Source of the DNA: Candidatus Latescibacterota bacterium
Lineage (GTDB): Bacteria; Latescibacterota; UBA2968; GCA-2709665
Assembly (NCBI GenBank): GCA_965205485.1
Contig: OZ242180.1
Location: forward strand, 4,576,001 to 4,640,000
Reading direction: 5' to 3'
DNA length: 64,000 nucleotides
The notes beneath the pieces are model-generated. The model saw nothing but the letters and a program-made list of their open reading frames with translations, made no database searches and was not told the DNA's origin. The number at the start of each line of letters is the position of its first letter. Position 1 is the first letter of the stretch. The translations under genes were made by a program, and so were the position numbers. Positions 46,716-56,665 of the stretch are shown here, one piece after another.

Positions 46716-47594
46716 ATGAGAGTCGGGTTCATCGGTCTCGGGAATATGGGACAGCCGATGGCGGCCAATATCCTCGATGCCGGTCACACGCTGACCATTC
46801 ACGACATACGCCGTCAGACCGGCCGCGACCTCGAGGCGGCGGGCGCCGTGTGGGCTGAAAACCCGACGGCGGTCGCGGTTCGATCCGAAGTGGTATTAAC
46901 CTCCCTGCCCGGCACCGGTGCGGTCGAGCAGGTCGCGACGGGTGCAAACGGAGTGTTTTCCGGCCTGGCCAAAGGAACGACCTACGTCGACACCAGCACC
47001 ATCGCGCCGTCCGCCATGCGCCGCATTTGCGCCGCGGGGACGGATCAGGGTTTGCACGTACTCGAGGCGCCGGTCAGCGGCGGCATCCACGGCGCGCAGG
47101 ATGCTGCGCTTACTCTGTTCGTGGGTGGTAACGCGGAGGATCTGGAGCGGGTGAGGCCGGTGTTGGAGGCTATCGGCGCCAGGATCGTCCACGTGGGACC
47201 GGCCGGATCCGGTAATGCGATCAAGCTGATCAACAACCTGATGATGTTCGTCAACTTCATCGGTGCGTGCGAGGGTGTGGCGATGAGCGCCAGGGCCGGG
47301 ATCGATCTGCGCCTTTTTCTGGATGCAATAGAGTCGAGTATGGGACAAAGCAGGATATTTGAACGCACCGTTTCGCTCTTCCTGGACAGCGGTCGAATGG
47401 GCGCGACCACCGATCTGGCGGTGAAGGATCTGCGCCTGGGGATTGAGCTTGGATCGGAGCTCGGGGTGCCCCTGGAGGTCGGCCCGCTGGTCAGAGACCT
47501 CATCGTCCGGTTCCGTGATGAGGGTGACCGGGGCCAGGATGAGTTTACCGACATGATACCCGATCTGCTTCGGCGTTCGGGCGTCGACGTTTGA
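46716..47594 (+). CDS. 3-hydroxyisobutyrate/beta-hydroxyacid dehydrogenase family
   Basis: GFIGLGNMG.PMA, EAPVSGG, KLINN, KDL. Confidence 0.92.
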   Translation: MRVGFIGLGNMGQPMAANILDAGHTLTIHDIRRQTGRDLEAAGAVWAENPTAVAVRSEVVLTSLPGTGAVEQVATGANGVFSGLAKGTTYVDTSTIAPSAMRRICAAGTDQGLHVLEAPVSGGIHGAQDAALTLFVGGNAEDLERVRPVLEAIGARIVHVGPAGSGNAIKLINNLMMFVNFIGACEGVAMSARAGIDLRLFLDAIESSMGQSRIFERTVSLFLDSGRMGATTDLAVKDLRLGIELGSELGVPLEVGPLVRDLIVRFRDEGDRGQDEFTDMIPDLLRRSGVDV

Positions 47595-47660
47595 TGGATC
47601 GGCGCCGCCGCATCGCGATGAGCGCGCGCAAGACACCACCCTTCACCATTGAGTACTTCC

Positions 47661-48791
47661 ATGAAAATCTGCATCGTCGGCGCGGGAATCTTCGGCATGG
47701 CCGCGGCGCTGGAACTCCGCGAACGGGGACACGAGGTATCGCTGTTCGAGCGCGGGAAGATCCCCAATCCGGAGGCATCCAGTACGGATGTGTCCAAGGT
47801 GATCAGGCGTACGAACTATCCGAACCCGGTTTACGTGGAACTCGTCACCCGGGCCGCGTCCCAATGGCGGGAGTGGCACAACCGCACGAGCAAATCGATT
47901 TACTTCCAGTACGGCACGCTGATCGTGTCACGCGACCTGGAAGCGAATCACGAAACCCACACGGGATGGGAGACCCTGAACCGGATGGGGAAGGACGTCT
48001 ACGAACTCACGGCCGGCCAGGTCCGTGAACGGTTTCCACAGTTCACCGTGAGCGACGAGGACAGTCTCTTCTTCGATCCCTGGGCGGGCTATCTGCGCAG
48101 CGGCCAGGCACTGGAGGACCTTGCGAAGCTGGCGGATGAAGCGGGTGTGACGATCCGCGAAAACGCCCAGGTCACGGCGGTTGAAGACACGCGGTCCGGC
48201 GCCCGGGTCCGTACGGAAACCGGCTGGCAGAACTGCGACCGTGTCGTGGTGGCGGCCGGACCATGGGTGGCCGAACTCCTGCCCGCCATGAAGAGAGTCG
48301 TGCGCATTACGCGGCAGCAGATGGCCTTCTTTGCGCCGGAGGACCCGACGCCGTTCGAGCGCGGTCGTTTTCCGGTCTGGATGGTCTTTTCACCCGGCAA
48401 CCTCTGGTACGGGTTCCCCCATCTGCACGAGGGGTTCGTGAAGGTGGCGGAAGACAGCAAGTGGGACGACGCCGACGTGGACGTCTCCCGGGAGCCGACC
48501 GACGAATTTCTGGCCTGGGCACGGGAGTTCGTTGCGCGTCGCATACCCGGCCTGAGCGCTGCGCCCCTGGTTGGCGGCAGGTCGTGCCTGTATACCAATA
48601 TGGCCAATATGGAGGACGAGGAGTTCGTCATCGATTGGTCCCGGGGTTGCGAACGGGTGCTGATCGCGGGCTGCGGATGCGGCCACGGGTTTAAGTTCGG
48701 CGGCGCCATCGGGCCCGTCATCGCGGATGCGGTGGAAGACCGGGAGAACCCGCTGGGCGATCTTTTCAGGATTGGAAACCGCTTCGACTGA
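47661..48791 (+). CDS. FAD-dependent amine oxidase (monomeric sarcosine oxidase/pipecolate/fructosyl-amine oxidase family)
   Basis: IVGAGIFG, ASSTDVSKVIR, YGFP, CLYT (Cys at the MSOX flavinylation position), GHGFKF. Confidence 0.88.
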   Translation: MKICIVGAGIFGMAAALELRERGHEVSLFERGKIPNPEASSTDVSKVIRRTNYPNPVYVELVTRAASQWREWHNRTSKSIYFQYGTLIVSRDLEANHETHTGWETLNRMGKDVYELTAGQVRERFPQFTVSDEDSLFFDPWAGYLRSGQALEDLAKLADEAGVTIRENAQVTAVEDTRSGARVRTETGWQNCDRVVVAAGPWVAELLPAMKRVVRITRQQMAFFAPEDPTPFERGRFPVWMVFSPGNLWYGFPHLHEGFVKVAEDSKWDDADVDVSREPTDEFLAWAREFVARRIPGLSAAPLVGGRSCLYTNMANMEDEEFVIDWSRGCERVLIAGCGCGHGFKFGGAIGPVIADAVEDRENPLGDLFRIGNRFD

Positions 48792-48803
48792 GGGAACGAG
48801 CCG

Positions 48804-49811
48804 ATGGCATTCAAACCGAGACTAGTCTACGACGATGCGCTGGTGATCGACGGATTGAGCGTGTGCAACTGGAATAGCGATGCCGTTTTCCGGCAGCTGC
48901 GGGCGGGCAATTTCACGGCAATCAACGCCACCGTCTCAACGTGGGAGAACTTCATCCAGACCATGGCTCATCTCACGGCGTGGATGCGGCGGTTCCGGGA
49001 ACGCGACGACATCCTGCAGGTGAAATCGACGGCGGATATACACGCGGCCAAGCAGCAGGACAGGACCGGGATTATCCTGGGATTCCAGAACGCCTCGCCG
49101 ATCGAGAACGAACTGGATCGCCTCGGCCTTTTTCTCGCGCTTGGGGTGAGGGTGATTCAACTGACGTACCACGAGACCAACCTTCTCGGCAGCGGCTGCT
49201 GGGAGCGGAACGACGCCGGTCTCAGCAATTTCGGCGTGGATGCGGTGCAGGAGATGAACCGGCTGGGTATCCTCATCGATCTGTCACACGTGGGTCCGCA
49301 AACGACGCTGGACGCCATCGAAATGTCGGAGAAACCTGTCGCCATCACCCATGCCAATGCCCGCAGCTTCTTCGACCATCCGCGAAACAAGGAAGAGGAA
49401 GCGTTGAAACGCCTGGCCGAAAAAGGGGGCGTGGTGGGCGCGACTTCGTACACGCCTTTCCTGCCAAAGGGGTACGATTCTACCGCAGAGGATTTCGTCG
49501 ACGCGATCGACAATATGGTGGAAAGGATCGGCATCGACCACGTCGCCATCGGCACCGACTCCACCCACGAACAACCCCTCGGATTCTGGCACTATATCGC
49601 GGCGCAGCAGGGAACCAAATTCCCGTCCACGTTCGCTGACGGTTCCATCCCGTACACCGAAGTGAGTTTTCAGCCCAGGGGTATGGCCACACTGCCCGAG
49701 TTCCCCAACGTCGCGGACGCGCTCGCCAACCGTGGATACAACGCCGCGGAGATCACAAAGCTGCTTGGCGGCAACTGGATGCGCCTGTTCGAACAGGTGT
49801 GGAACGACTGA
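48804..49811 (+). CDS. Peptidase M19 (membrane dipeptidase)-like amidohydrolase
   Basis: GVRVIQLTY, EMNRLGILIDLSH, ITHAN, HPRNK, GIDHVAIGTD, LGGN..R. Confidence 0.9.
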   Translation: MAFKPRLVYDDALVIDGLSVCNWNSDAVFRQLRAGNFTAINATVSTWENFIQTMAHLTAWMRRFRERDDILQVKSTADIHAAKQQDRTGIILGFQNASPIENELDRLGLFLALGVRVIQLTYHETNLLGSGCWERNDAGLSNFGVDAVQEMNRLGILIDLSHVGPQTTLDAIEMSEKPVAITHANARSFFDHPRNKEEEALKRLAEKGGVVGATSYTPFLPKGYDSTAEDFVDAIDNMVERIGIDHVAIGTDSTHEQPLGFWHYIAAQQGTKFPSTFADGSIPYTEVSFQPRGMATLPEFPNVADALANRGYNAAEITKLLGGNWMRLFEQVWND

Positions 49812-49945
49812 AGAGCCAGCAGGATCGAGACCTGCCCCTGCGTCGCGCTGGATTCCGCTTCCTGATCCCTGCCCTCACCCATGTTCCCTGTTCACCGGAT
49901 TGACCGTGTTGTCGAACGACCAAGCCGCACATTTGATATTCCTCG

Positions 49946-49981
49946 TTGCACGTTGTCATACAATGTGATATATTGTAATAC
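49946..49981 (+). promoter_or_regulatory. Promoter/operator of the vapBC-like module
   Basis: TTGCAC-17 bp-TATATT. Overlapping inverted repeat TACAAT-N7-ATTGTA and TGT(C/A)ATACA repeats. Confidence 0.65.
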
Positions 49982-50215
49982 ATGAATACGACACTCACAG
50001 TACGCACCGATCGGACCATGCGTGAGGCGCTGGAAGAACGCGCTCAGGCGCAGGGATTGACGGTTTCAGAACTGGTGCGTCGGTTGCTTGAAGAAGCCAT
50101 ATCGGAACGTCCGCTGGCGCAGCGCGTCGGGCATCTGAGGGGGCGTCTGGAACTCTCCGACCCCGGCGCCGACGCGTGGCGAAACCGACTGCGTGAACGG
50201 AACTGGCGCGCATGA
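49982..50215 (+). CDS. Ribbon-helix-helix (CopG) antitoxin, VapB-like
   Basis: TLTVR...L..RA...G.TVSELVR. ATGA overlap with the PIN gene. Confidence 0.85.
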   Translation: MNTTLTVRTDRTMREALEERAQAQGLTVSELVRRLLEEAISERPLAQRVGHLRGRLELSDPGADAWRNRLRERNWRA

Positions 50216-50631
50216 CGTCCTGGCTGCTGGACACCGGTCCGCTGGTCGCCTATCTGAATGCCGCGGATCCCGCACACCGGGAAGCGGGGGATGCGCTCGA
50301 CGGCTTTAGCGGACAACTCTGTACGACCGCCGCGGTCATCACCGAAGCGATGCATTTCGTGGCGGGAAGCCGGTCCGGACCCCGCCTGCTCACGGAATTC
50401 GTCACGACCGCTCGTATCCGGGTATTCGATTTCGCTCAGCCCGCCGCGCTTCGCAGGTGCGCGATGCTCATGGAAAAATACGCGGACACACCGATGGACT
50501 ATGCCGACGCCACCCTCGTGCTCCTGGCCGAACACATCAGATGTTTCGATATCCTCACCCTGGATCGCCGCGGCTTTTCCACCTATCGATCCAGTGAGAA
50601 TCGCGGCTTCCGCCTGGTACTTGATTCCTGA
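50212..50631 (+). CDS. vapC: PIN-domain toxin
   Basis: LLDTG, TE, MDYADA, TLDRRGF. Confidence 0.9.
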   Translation: MTSWLLDTGPLVAYLNAADPAHREAGDALDGFSGQLCTTAAVITEAMHFVAGSRSGPRLLTEFVTTARIRVFDFAQPAALRRCAMLMEKYADTPMDYADATLVLLAEHIRCFDILTLDRRGFSTYRSSENRGFRLVLDS

Positions 50632-50716
50632 TAAACGTAGAATAAATGCAACACCGACGCCGGTAGTCTGATTCCGGTTCACGGTACCTCCATAGCGGCT
50701 GGAGACTCAATCCTCA

Positions 50717-53221
50717 TTGACTGCTATGTATCGCGGGGATGTTCAGAGATTCGATGGGATAGTGCGATCTTCTTCCGAGAAACCGGGTGCTTCTTCGGCG
50801 GCCCGGGCGTTCTTCCCGGCAATACGCGTCATTGTTACGGTTCTCGTACTGGGTACCGCTCCGGACGCCCTCGCGCAGCCCGCGGCGGAACACACCGTCA
50901 GCGGGTATGTCTCGGATGCCTCGAACGGAGAGAAGCTGATCGGCGCCTCATTGTACGAACCCGCCCTGCGGGTAGGCGCCACGACGAATCGCTACGGTTT
51001 CTTCAGTCTGACCCTGCCTGCGGACTCGCTTCAGATTGTCGTTTCCTACATCGGGTTTCACAGCGATACCCTTTCGATCCGTCTGAACCGCGACCTGCGG
51101 TTGGATTTCGCCCTGACGCCGATTCCCCTTGAATTGCAGACATTAGACGTGCAGGCCGAACGGCTTGATCCGATCCAGGAACAGACACGGATGGGTGTTG
51201 TCGACGTTCCTGTCAGCCAGATTGAGAATGCTCCGGCCCTTCTGGGCGAAGTCGATCTGATGAAGACCATGCAGCTTCTTCCGGGGGTCCAGTCCGGCGC
51301 AGAAGGCACGAGCGGCCTCTACGTTCGCGGCGGCGGTCCGGATCAGAACCTGATCCTGCTCGACGACGCCCCGGTGTACAACGCTTCGCACCTTTTCGGT
51401 TTCTTCTCGGTCTTCAACTCCAGCGCGATCAAGAATGTACAGCTTACAAAAGCCGGGTTTCCGGCGCGATTCGGCGGCCGCCTTTCTTCGGTTATGGAGG
51501 TTGCCATGAAGGACGGCAATATGCAGGCGTTCGAAGTGGAAGGTTCCATCGGCCTGGTCGCTTCTCAGGTGACCTTACAAGGACCGATACGCAAGGACCG
51601 AACGTCATTCATCATTTCGGCGCGACGGACGTATATCGATCTGCTGATCCGTCCCTTTCTGGATACCGGCGAGCGGGGAGGCTATTTTTTTTATGATATC
51701 AATGCCAAAGTCAACCACATCCTGTCGCCCCGAAATCGTATTTTCCTGAGCTTCTACGGTGGCGACGACCGTTTCTGGAGTGACATAGAGGACGAGTACA
51801 TCTCCGGAGCCTATCGAAGCGAGCAGACGACGTCGGCGGATTTCGGCTGGGGCAACTTCACCTCGACGGTGCGCTGGAACATTCTCTTCAACAACCGGTT
51901 ATTCGGCAATCTCACCGGGATCTTCAGTCGCTATAAACTTACCTCGGACATCGACGATAGCTCCACAACCCGAGACGAGGACGTACACGAGAACGAGACG
52001 CTGAGTCTCCGCTACCACTCGGGCATCCGCGACTTCGGCCTTAAGCTGGACCTCGACTACGTTCCCAATCCGGACCACTATATCCGCTTCGGCGGCAACG
52101 GCACGTACCACACCTACAGCCCCGGAGCGGCCCAGTACAGATTCGATCCCGCCAGCGGCGCACCGGAGGATACGACACTTGGCGCTGCCCGGGCGACAGA
52201 CGCCCTGGAGTTCGGACTCTACCTGGAGGACGACGTCCGTCTGTCAACGCGGCTGAGCGCCAACGTGGGCCTTCACGCCTCCGGATTTTCCGTGGGCAGT
52301 TCGCTCTTCGGATCGTTGCAGCCCAGAGTTTCGACGCGTTTTCTGATGAATCCGCGGTGGGCCCTGAAAGCGTCCTACGCCCGGATGCGCCAGTATATTC
52401 ACCTCCTCTCCAACAGCACAATCGGGCTCCCCACCGACCTGTGGCTCCCGGCCACCGATCGTGTGCGTCCTGAGGGTTCGCGCCAGTTCGGCCTCGGCCT
52501 TGCTGGCACGTTGAAACAGGGACGGTACGAACTCAGCCTGGAGGCCTATTACAAGGCAATGACCGATCTCATTGAATACAGGGAAGGCGCGACTTTTCTG
52601 GCGGGGTTCGGGGAACACCAGGACTGGCAGGACAAGGTGGAAACAGGGCGTGGCTGGTCTTACGGCGTCGAAGCGTTTGTGCAAAGGAAACGCGGCCGCA
52701 CCACAGGCTGGATCGGATACACCCTTTCATGGACGAGACGGCGTTTTGTCCAACTGAATGAGGGGCGTGCATTCCCGTTTCGGTACGACCGCCGGCACGA
52801 CGTCGCGCTGGTCCTGAACCATCGTCTGACGCGTATCACGAATGCCTCGTTGAACTGGGTGTATGGAACCGGAAACGCAATCACCATTCCGGTCGCCCGT
52901 TACTATGATGAATACGTCAGAGGATCGATTGGCGGACACGAGATTTGGACTCCCAGCGTGCTGCCGTATGAAGCCAGGATCTACGAGGACCGCAACGGCT
53001 TCCGAATGTCTGCATATCATCGCATCGATATCGGTTTCAACTTTGACTGGCGCAGACACGGATTCCGCGTGGGCGCCTACAATGCTTACAACAGAAAGAA
53101 CCCATTTTTCATTTATTTCGACGATTACTATGACTCCGGAACGGATTCAAGGGAGTACCGGGCGAAACAGGTCACGCTTTTTCCGGTTCTGCCATGGATC
53201 AGTTACCGGTTCAAGTTGTGA
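50717..53221 (+). CDS. TonB-dependent receptor with N-terminal carboxypeptidase-regulatory-like domain
   Basis: VSGYVSD..NGE.LIGA, LLPGVQ, VRGG..DQNL.LLD, YNAYNR.N. Start uncertain. Confidence 0.92.
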   Translation: MTAMYRGDVQRFDGIVRSSSEKPGASSAARAFFPAIRVIVTVLVLGTAPDALAQPAAEHTVSGYVSDASNGEKLIGASLYEPALRVGATTNRYGFFSLTLPADSLQIVVSYIGFHSDTLSIRLNRDLRLDFALTPIPLELQTLDVQAERLDPIQEQTRMGVVDVPVSQIENAPALLGEVDLMKTMQLLPGVQSGAEGTSGLYVRGGGPDQNLILLDDAPVYNASHLFGFFSVFNSSAIKNVQLTKAGFPARFGGRLSSVMEVAMKDGNMQAFEVEGSIGLVASQVTLQGPIRKDRTSFIISARRTYIDLLIRPFLDTGERGGYFFYDINAKVNHILSPRNRIFLSFYGGDDRFWSDIEDEYISGAYRSEQTTSADFGWGNFTSTVRWNILFNNRLFGNLTGIFSRYKLTSDIDDSSTTRDEDVHENETLSLRYHSGIRDFGLKLDLDYVPNPDHYIRFGGNGTYHTYSPGAAQYRFDPASGAPEDTTLGAARATDALEFGLYLEDDVRLSTRLSANVGLHASGFSVGSSLFGSLQPRVSTRFLMNPRWALKASYARMRQYIHLLSNSTIGLPTDLWLPATDRVRPEGSRQFGLGLAGTLKQGRYELSLEAYYKAMTDLIEYREGATFLAGFGEHQDWQDKVETGRGWSYGVEAFVQRKRGRTTGWIGYTLSWTRRRFVQLNEGRAFPFRYDRRHDVALVLNHRLTRITNASLNWVYGTGNAITIPVARYYDEYVRGSIGGHEIWTPSVLPYEARIYEDRNGFRMSAYHRIDIGFNFDWRRHGFRVGAYNAYNRKNPFFIYFDDYYDSGTDSREYRAKQVTLFPVLPWISYRFKL

Positions 53222-53237
53222 AGAGCGACGCGACTCA

Positions 53238-54152
53238 GTGAAAAATGTACGTATTACAATTGTGATCTTCGTTATCGCTTTCGCCGGTTGCGAATTGATC
53301 ATTGAACCGGATTTGCCCGATCACACGCCGAGACTGGTGATAAAGGCATTCTTCACCCCGGACCGGGGATGGGTGGCGTCCGTCAGTCGTTCAGCAGGTA
53401 TTCTGGAACCCTCACCCGGACCCGATCGACTGGTGACCGCCGCAAATGTGGAGCTGCTTTCAGAAGGCCGGATCATTGACCGCCTGCCCTTTCTCCAGCG
53501 AGAGCGGGTATATGCAAGCGAAAAATACCTGCAAGCGGGCCGGTCTTATTCCTTGCGGGTGTCAGCGCCGGGGTTCGAGACGGTTCATGCGAGCGACATT
53601 ATACCTGGAATGGTACCGACCTCCGTTGTATCGTATCACCTGGAGACCTCCGATTCTGACCATGGCGAACCCGGTGTGATTGAGATAACCGACTCTCTGA
53701 TCAAGCTCCGGATTCAGGATCCGCCGGGCGAGGAAAACTGGTATCAGATTCGCGTTATCGTTCCGGATAGATGGGGCAGATACGACAAGCATTTCTCTAC
53801 GAGTGACGCCTCCATCGTCGCCGACAACCGGATTGAAGATCCCGTTCTGGAAGGCGTCGAGCCATTTGTGGGTTCCGAGCCGTTCTTCAAGGATGTTCTC
53901 TTCGACGGTGAATCCCACGAAATAGAGCTATCGTTAACACACTTCGAGATCGAAGCAAGCCGCGAACGGAAAATCTGGCTCCAGATCCGCCACATAAGCG
54001 AGGTATACTACAAGCATCTCAGAAGCGCTCTTCTCCAGAAGAGCACTGACGACAACCCCTTTGCCGAACCGGTGAGAATCTACAGTAATATAGAGAACGG
54101 GTACGGCATATTCGCAGGGTACAGCGCGCGCACCTATGAACTCACATTCTGA
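53238..54152 (+). CDS. DUF4249-like lipoprotein, partner of the TonB receptor
   Basis: Lipobox FAG-C, F.D..FDG, NPFAEP..IYSNIENGYGIFAG. Confidence 0.85.
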   Translation: MKNVRITIVIFVIAFAGCELIIEPDLPDHTPRLVIKAFFTPDRGWVASVSRSAGILEPSPGPDRLVTAANVELLSEGRIIDRLPFLQRERVYASEKYLQAGRSYSLRVSAPGFETVHASDIIPGMVPTSVVSYHLETSDSDHGEPGVIEITDSLIKLRIQDPPGEENWYQIRVIVPDRWGRYDKHFSTSDASIVADNRIEDPVLEGVEPFVGSEPFFKDVLFDGESHEIELSLTHFEIEASRERKIWLQIRHISEVYYKHLRSALLQKSTDDNPFAEPVRIYSNIENGYGIFAGYSARTYELTF

Positions 54153-55572
54153 GGCGAACCTCGCAAAGCCGCCGTTCGGACAACCGGTTGGGGAACGGAA
54201 CTTGCGGCCCCGCCTGGAACCTCCGCTCCGCGGGTCAAATGGGACAATCAGACAGATCAAGGCTCAGGATACATCCATGTGGCAACAGGATCACAAGAAC
54301 ACGCGCACTTCGAAGCATGCGGTACCGCGTCGATTCATTGCCGCCTTCCGGTATGGACCAGGAACGATCTTTACTGGATCGATAGTCAGAATTCTCCGGC
54401 TTGTTGTCTGCACGCTGCTGATCGCCTCGTTTACCGATCCCTCGCGCGCTGAATCGGGCGACGATGTCCATCCCGTCTCCGCGCAGATCGGGTACATCGG
54501 AGACCTGCTTCACAACGCCTCCGGCGGGATCAGAAACGGATCCGCCTATCTGCAGAACGTCGATGCTGTTTTCACATTCGACCTCGGGCGGATCATTGGA
54601 AGTGGGGGAGGGTCGTTGTTCGCCTATCTGCTCTGGAACAACGCGTCGACGTTTTCGGGTCGGTACCCCGGCGACGCGCAGGGCGTGTCCAACATCGATG
54701 CGGAACGGGCCCTGCGCCTCTATGAACTCTGGTACGAACATCGTCCTGCCGACGCGCTGAGTCTGAAAATCGGTCTCTACGATCTCAACAGCGAGTTCGA
54801 CGCAGTCGATGCGTCGGCGTTATTCCTGAACAGTTCTCACGGAATCATACCCACGTATTCCCAGACCGGAGAGAACGGTCCGTCGATCTTCCCGGTGACG
54901 TCACTGTCGGCGCGCCTGCAATGGGAGATTGCCAAAAACAACGTGCTTCGTTACGCGCTCCTCGACGCGGTGCCTGGCGATCCTGAGAATCCTGCAGCCA
55001 CCGCAGTGAAGTTGAGCAGCCGCGAGGGCGTTTTACATGCCCTGGAGTACAACCGTAACTTTTCCGATGCCCTCCGCGTGGGTCTCGGCGCGTTTTCGTA
55101 TAGCGCGGAATTCGATGCGATTCGTGAGTCCGACGCCGTTGGGAATGCCTTGAAGCGCAGCGGCAATAACGGTTGGTACGGATTCGCCGAAGGCACGGCC
55201 AACTTCGGGGCCGCCAACCGGCGGACTGTATCGGCTTTCATTCGCTACGGCACCGCCAACGGCGCGTTAAATCCCTTCGATCGCTACATCGGTGCTGGGA
55301 TGATGTTGTCCGGCTTCGTCCCCCGAAGGCCAGACGACCAAATTGGGGTATCCGTGGCGACGGCGCGGTGCGGTGCGGACTTTCGAGCCGCCAACAACAC
55401 GCGAAGCCACGAGACCGCCTTCGAATTCACGTATGTCCTGCCGATCACGGACAGGTTGCAGATCCAGCCGGACCTGCAATACATCCTCAATCCCGGCGCC
55501 GATCGGACCCTTGAGAACGCCCTGGTGATTGGCGTCCGCATGGAGCTGAACCACGGATTTCATCACCGATAG
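54136..55572 (+). CDS. OprB-family carbohydrate-selective porin (true start probably downstream)
   Basis: N..GG, QGVSNI, LYELWY, DLNSEF, R.DD.IG, E...EFTY, IQPDLQYILNPG. Confidence 0.88.
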   Translation: MNSHSEANLAKPPFGQPVGERNLRPRLEPPLRGSNGTIRQIKAQDTSMWQQDHKNTRTSKHAVPRRFIAAFRYGPGTIFTGSIVRILRLVVCTLLIASFTDPSRAESGDDVHPVSAQIGYIGDLLHNASGGIRNGSAYLQNVDAVFTFDLGRIIGSGGGSLFAYLLWNNASTFSGRYPGDAQGVSNIDAERALRLYELWYEHRPADALSLKIGLYDLNSEFDAVDASALFLNSSHGIIPTYSQTGENGPSIFPVTSLSARLQWEIAKNNVLRYALLDAVPGDPENPAATAVKLSSREGVLHALEYNRNFSDALRVGLGAFSYSAEFDAIRESDAVGNALKRSGNNGWYGFAEGTANFGAANRRTVSAFIRYGTANGALNPFDRYIGAGMMLSGFVPRRPDDQIGVSVATARCGADFRAANNTRSHETAFEFTYVLPITDRLQIQPDLQYILNPGADRTLENALVIGVRMELNHGFHHR

Positions 55573-55807
55573 CGTCCGTGTGCGCCTGTCGTTCATTCCG
55601 CGTCCAACCCATCCTCGGATCACGACTACGTATCATCTTTAGAGAGTTCATTCCTGGAACGGGTCGGCGAGAATGGAAATACGGAACACGCTGTACAGTT
55701 AGCTCCCGTCGAGACGGTATCCCGATTTGATGTGAAAGCGGACTTGACGTGAGTCCGGTTGTATGTATATTTATGTGTATAAAATTATGTTAATTTTGTG
55801 AGTTCGA

Positions 55808-56095
55808 ATGAGGTCGAACGTCGTCTTTGAATGGGATGACAAGAAGGACCGTCTCAACCGGCGCAAACACGGCGTCTCTTTCGCCAGTGCCCATCAGGCG
55901 TTCATGGACCCGAGTCGTGTAATTGCGGTCGATCGAAAACATAGCACATCCGAAGAAACGCGGTATTTCTGTTTTGGACTGGTTGAAGATAGAGTATTGA
56001 CAGTCCGTTTTACGTTCCGAAAAGGCAACATTCGCATATTTGGCGCCGGATATTGGCGCGAAGGACGGAGACGTTATGAGCAAACCGAAATATGA
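55808..56095 (+). CDS. BrnT family toxin
   Basis: FEWD..K...N..KHGVSF..A, D..HS..E.R, LTVRFT.R...IRI. Confidence 0.9.
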   Translation: MRSNVVFEWDDKKDRLNRRKHGVSFASAHQAFMDPSRVIAVDRKHSTSEETRYFCFGLVEDRVLTVRFTFRKGNIRIFGAGYWREGRRRYEQTEI

Positions 56096-56333
56096 AAATG
56101 CACCGGCAGAACTTGCGGAGGCAATTGAACAGGCCGAAGTGATTCAGGACTTTCTGCCGCCACCGGACCGGCTTGTCCTCAGGGAGGAAACCGTACGGGT
56201 GACCCTTAATCTCAATAAGAGGAGCGTGGATTTCTTCAAGTCAAGCGCGCGGCAGAACGGCGTACCCTATCAGAGCATGATTCGGAAAGTGCTGGACATT
56301 TACGCTGAGCGATATCTGGCAGCGCAGTCGTAA
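56076..56333 (+). CDS. BrnA/CopG-type antitoxin
   Basis: DFLPPP..L, VTL.L....VDFFK, VPYQ.MIR. Overlaps the toxin gene. Confidence 0.88.
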   Translation: MSKPKYENAPAELAEAIEQAEVIQDFLPPPDRLVLREETVRVTLNLNKRSVDFFKSSARQNGVPYQSMIRKVLDIYAERYLAAQS

Positions 56334-56447
56334 GGTCAGGTTGTGGATCGATGGCGTGCAGCACAGAAGCGACGAAATGGATGGAAGTGAATACCTGAGC
56401 CCGTTTGACGGACCAGGCGATCAGCAAGGCCAGATCGAACAGACGAA

Positions 56448-56487
56448 AAAGAGGGAGATGAAGGCGGATGCCTTCATCTCCCTCTTT
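56448..56487. terminator. Strong hairpin, probable bidirectional terminator
   Basis: 18-bp perfect stem AAAGAGGGAGATGAAGGC-GGAT-GCCTTCATCTCCCTCTTT. Confidence 0.75.
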
Positions 56488-56665
56488 GATTTCCCACGCA
56501 AATAATATAACAAAAATCGATCCGAAAGTCAAGAATATAAATTATTTATAAATATTCACTTAAGTGTGGTTTTTCCATTGAATACGCGCGATGTGTGAAC
56601 TATCTTCGTCGGACTTACCGCCGGATGGATTTGCTCGATAGTCGAACGCCCGTCGGGAGCCTCTG

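Noticed and set aside
56500..56600. AT-rich imperfect palindrome as a dif or att site
   Set aside because: Does not match the XerC/XerD consensus and has no partner repeat. More likely promoter DNA of the ABC genes.
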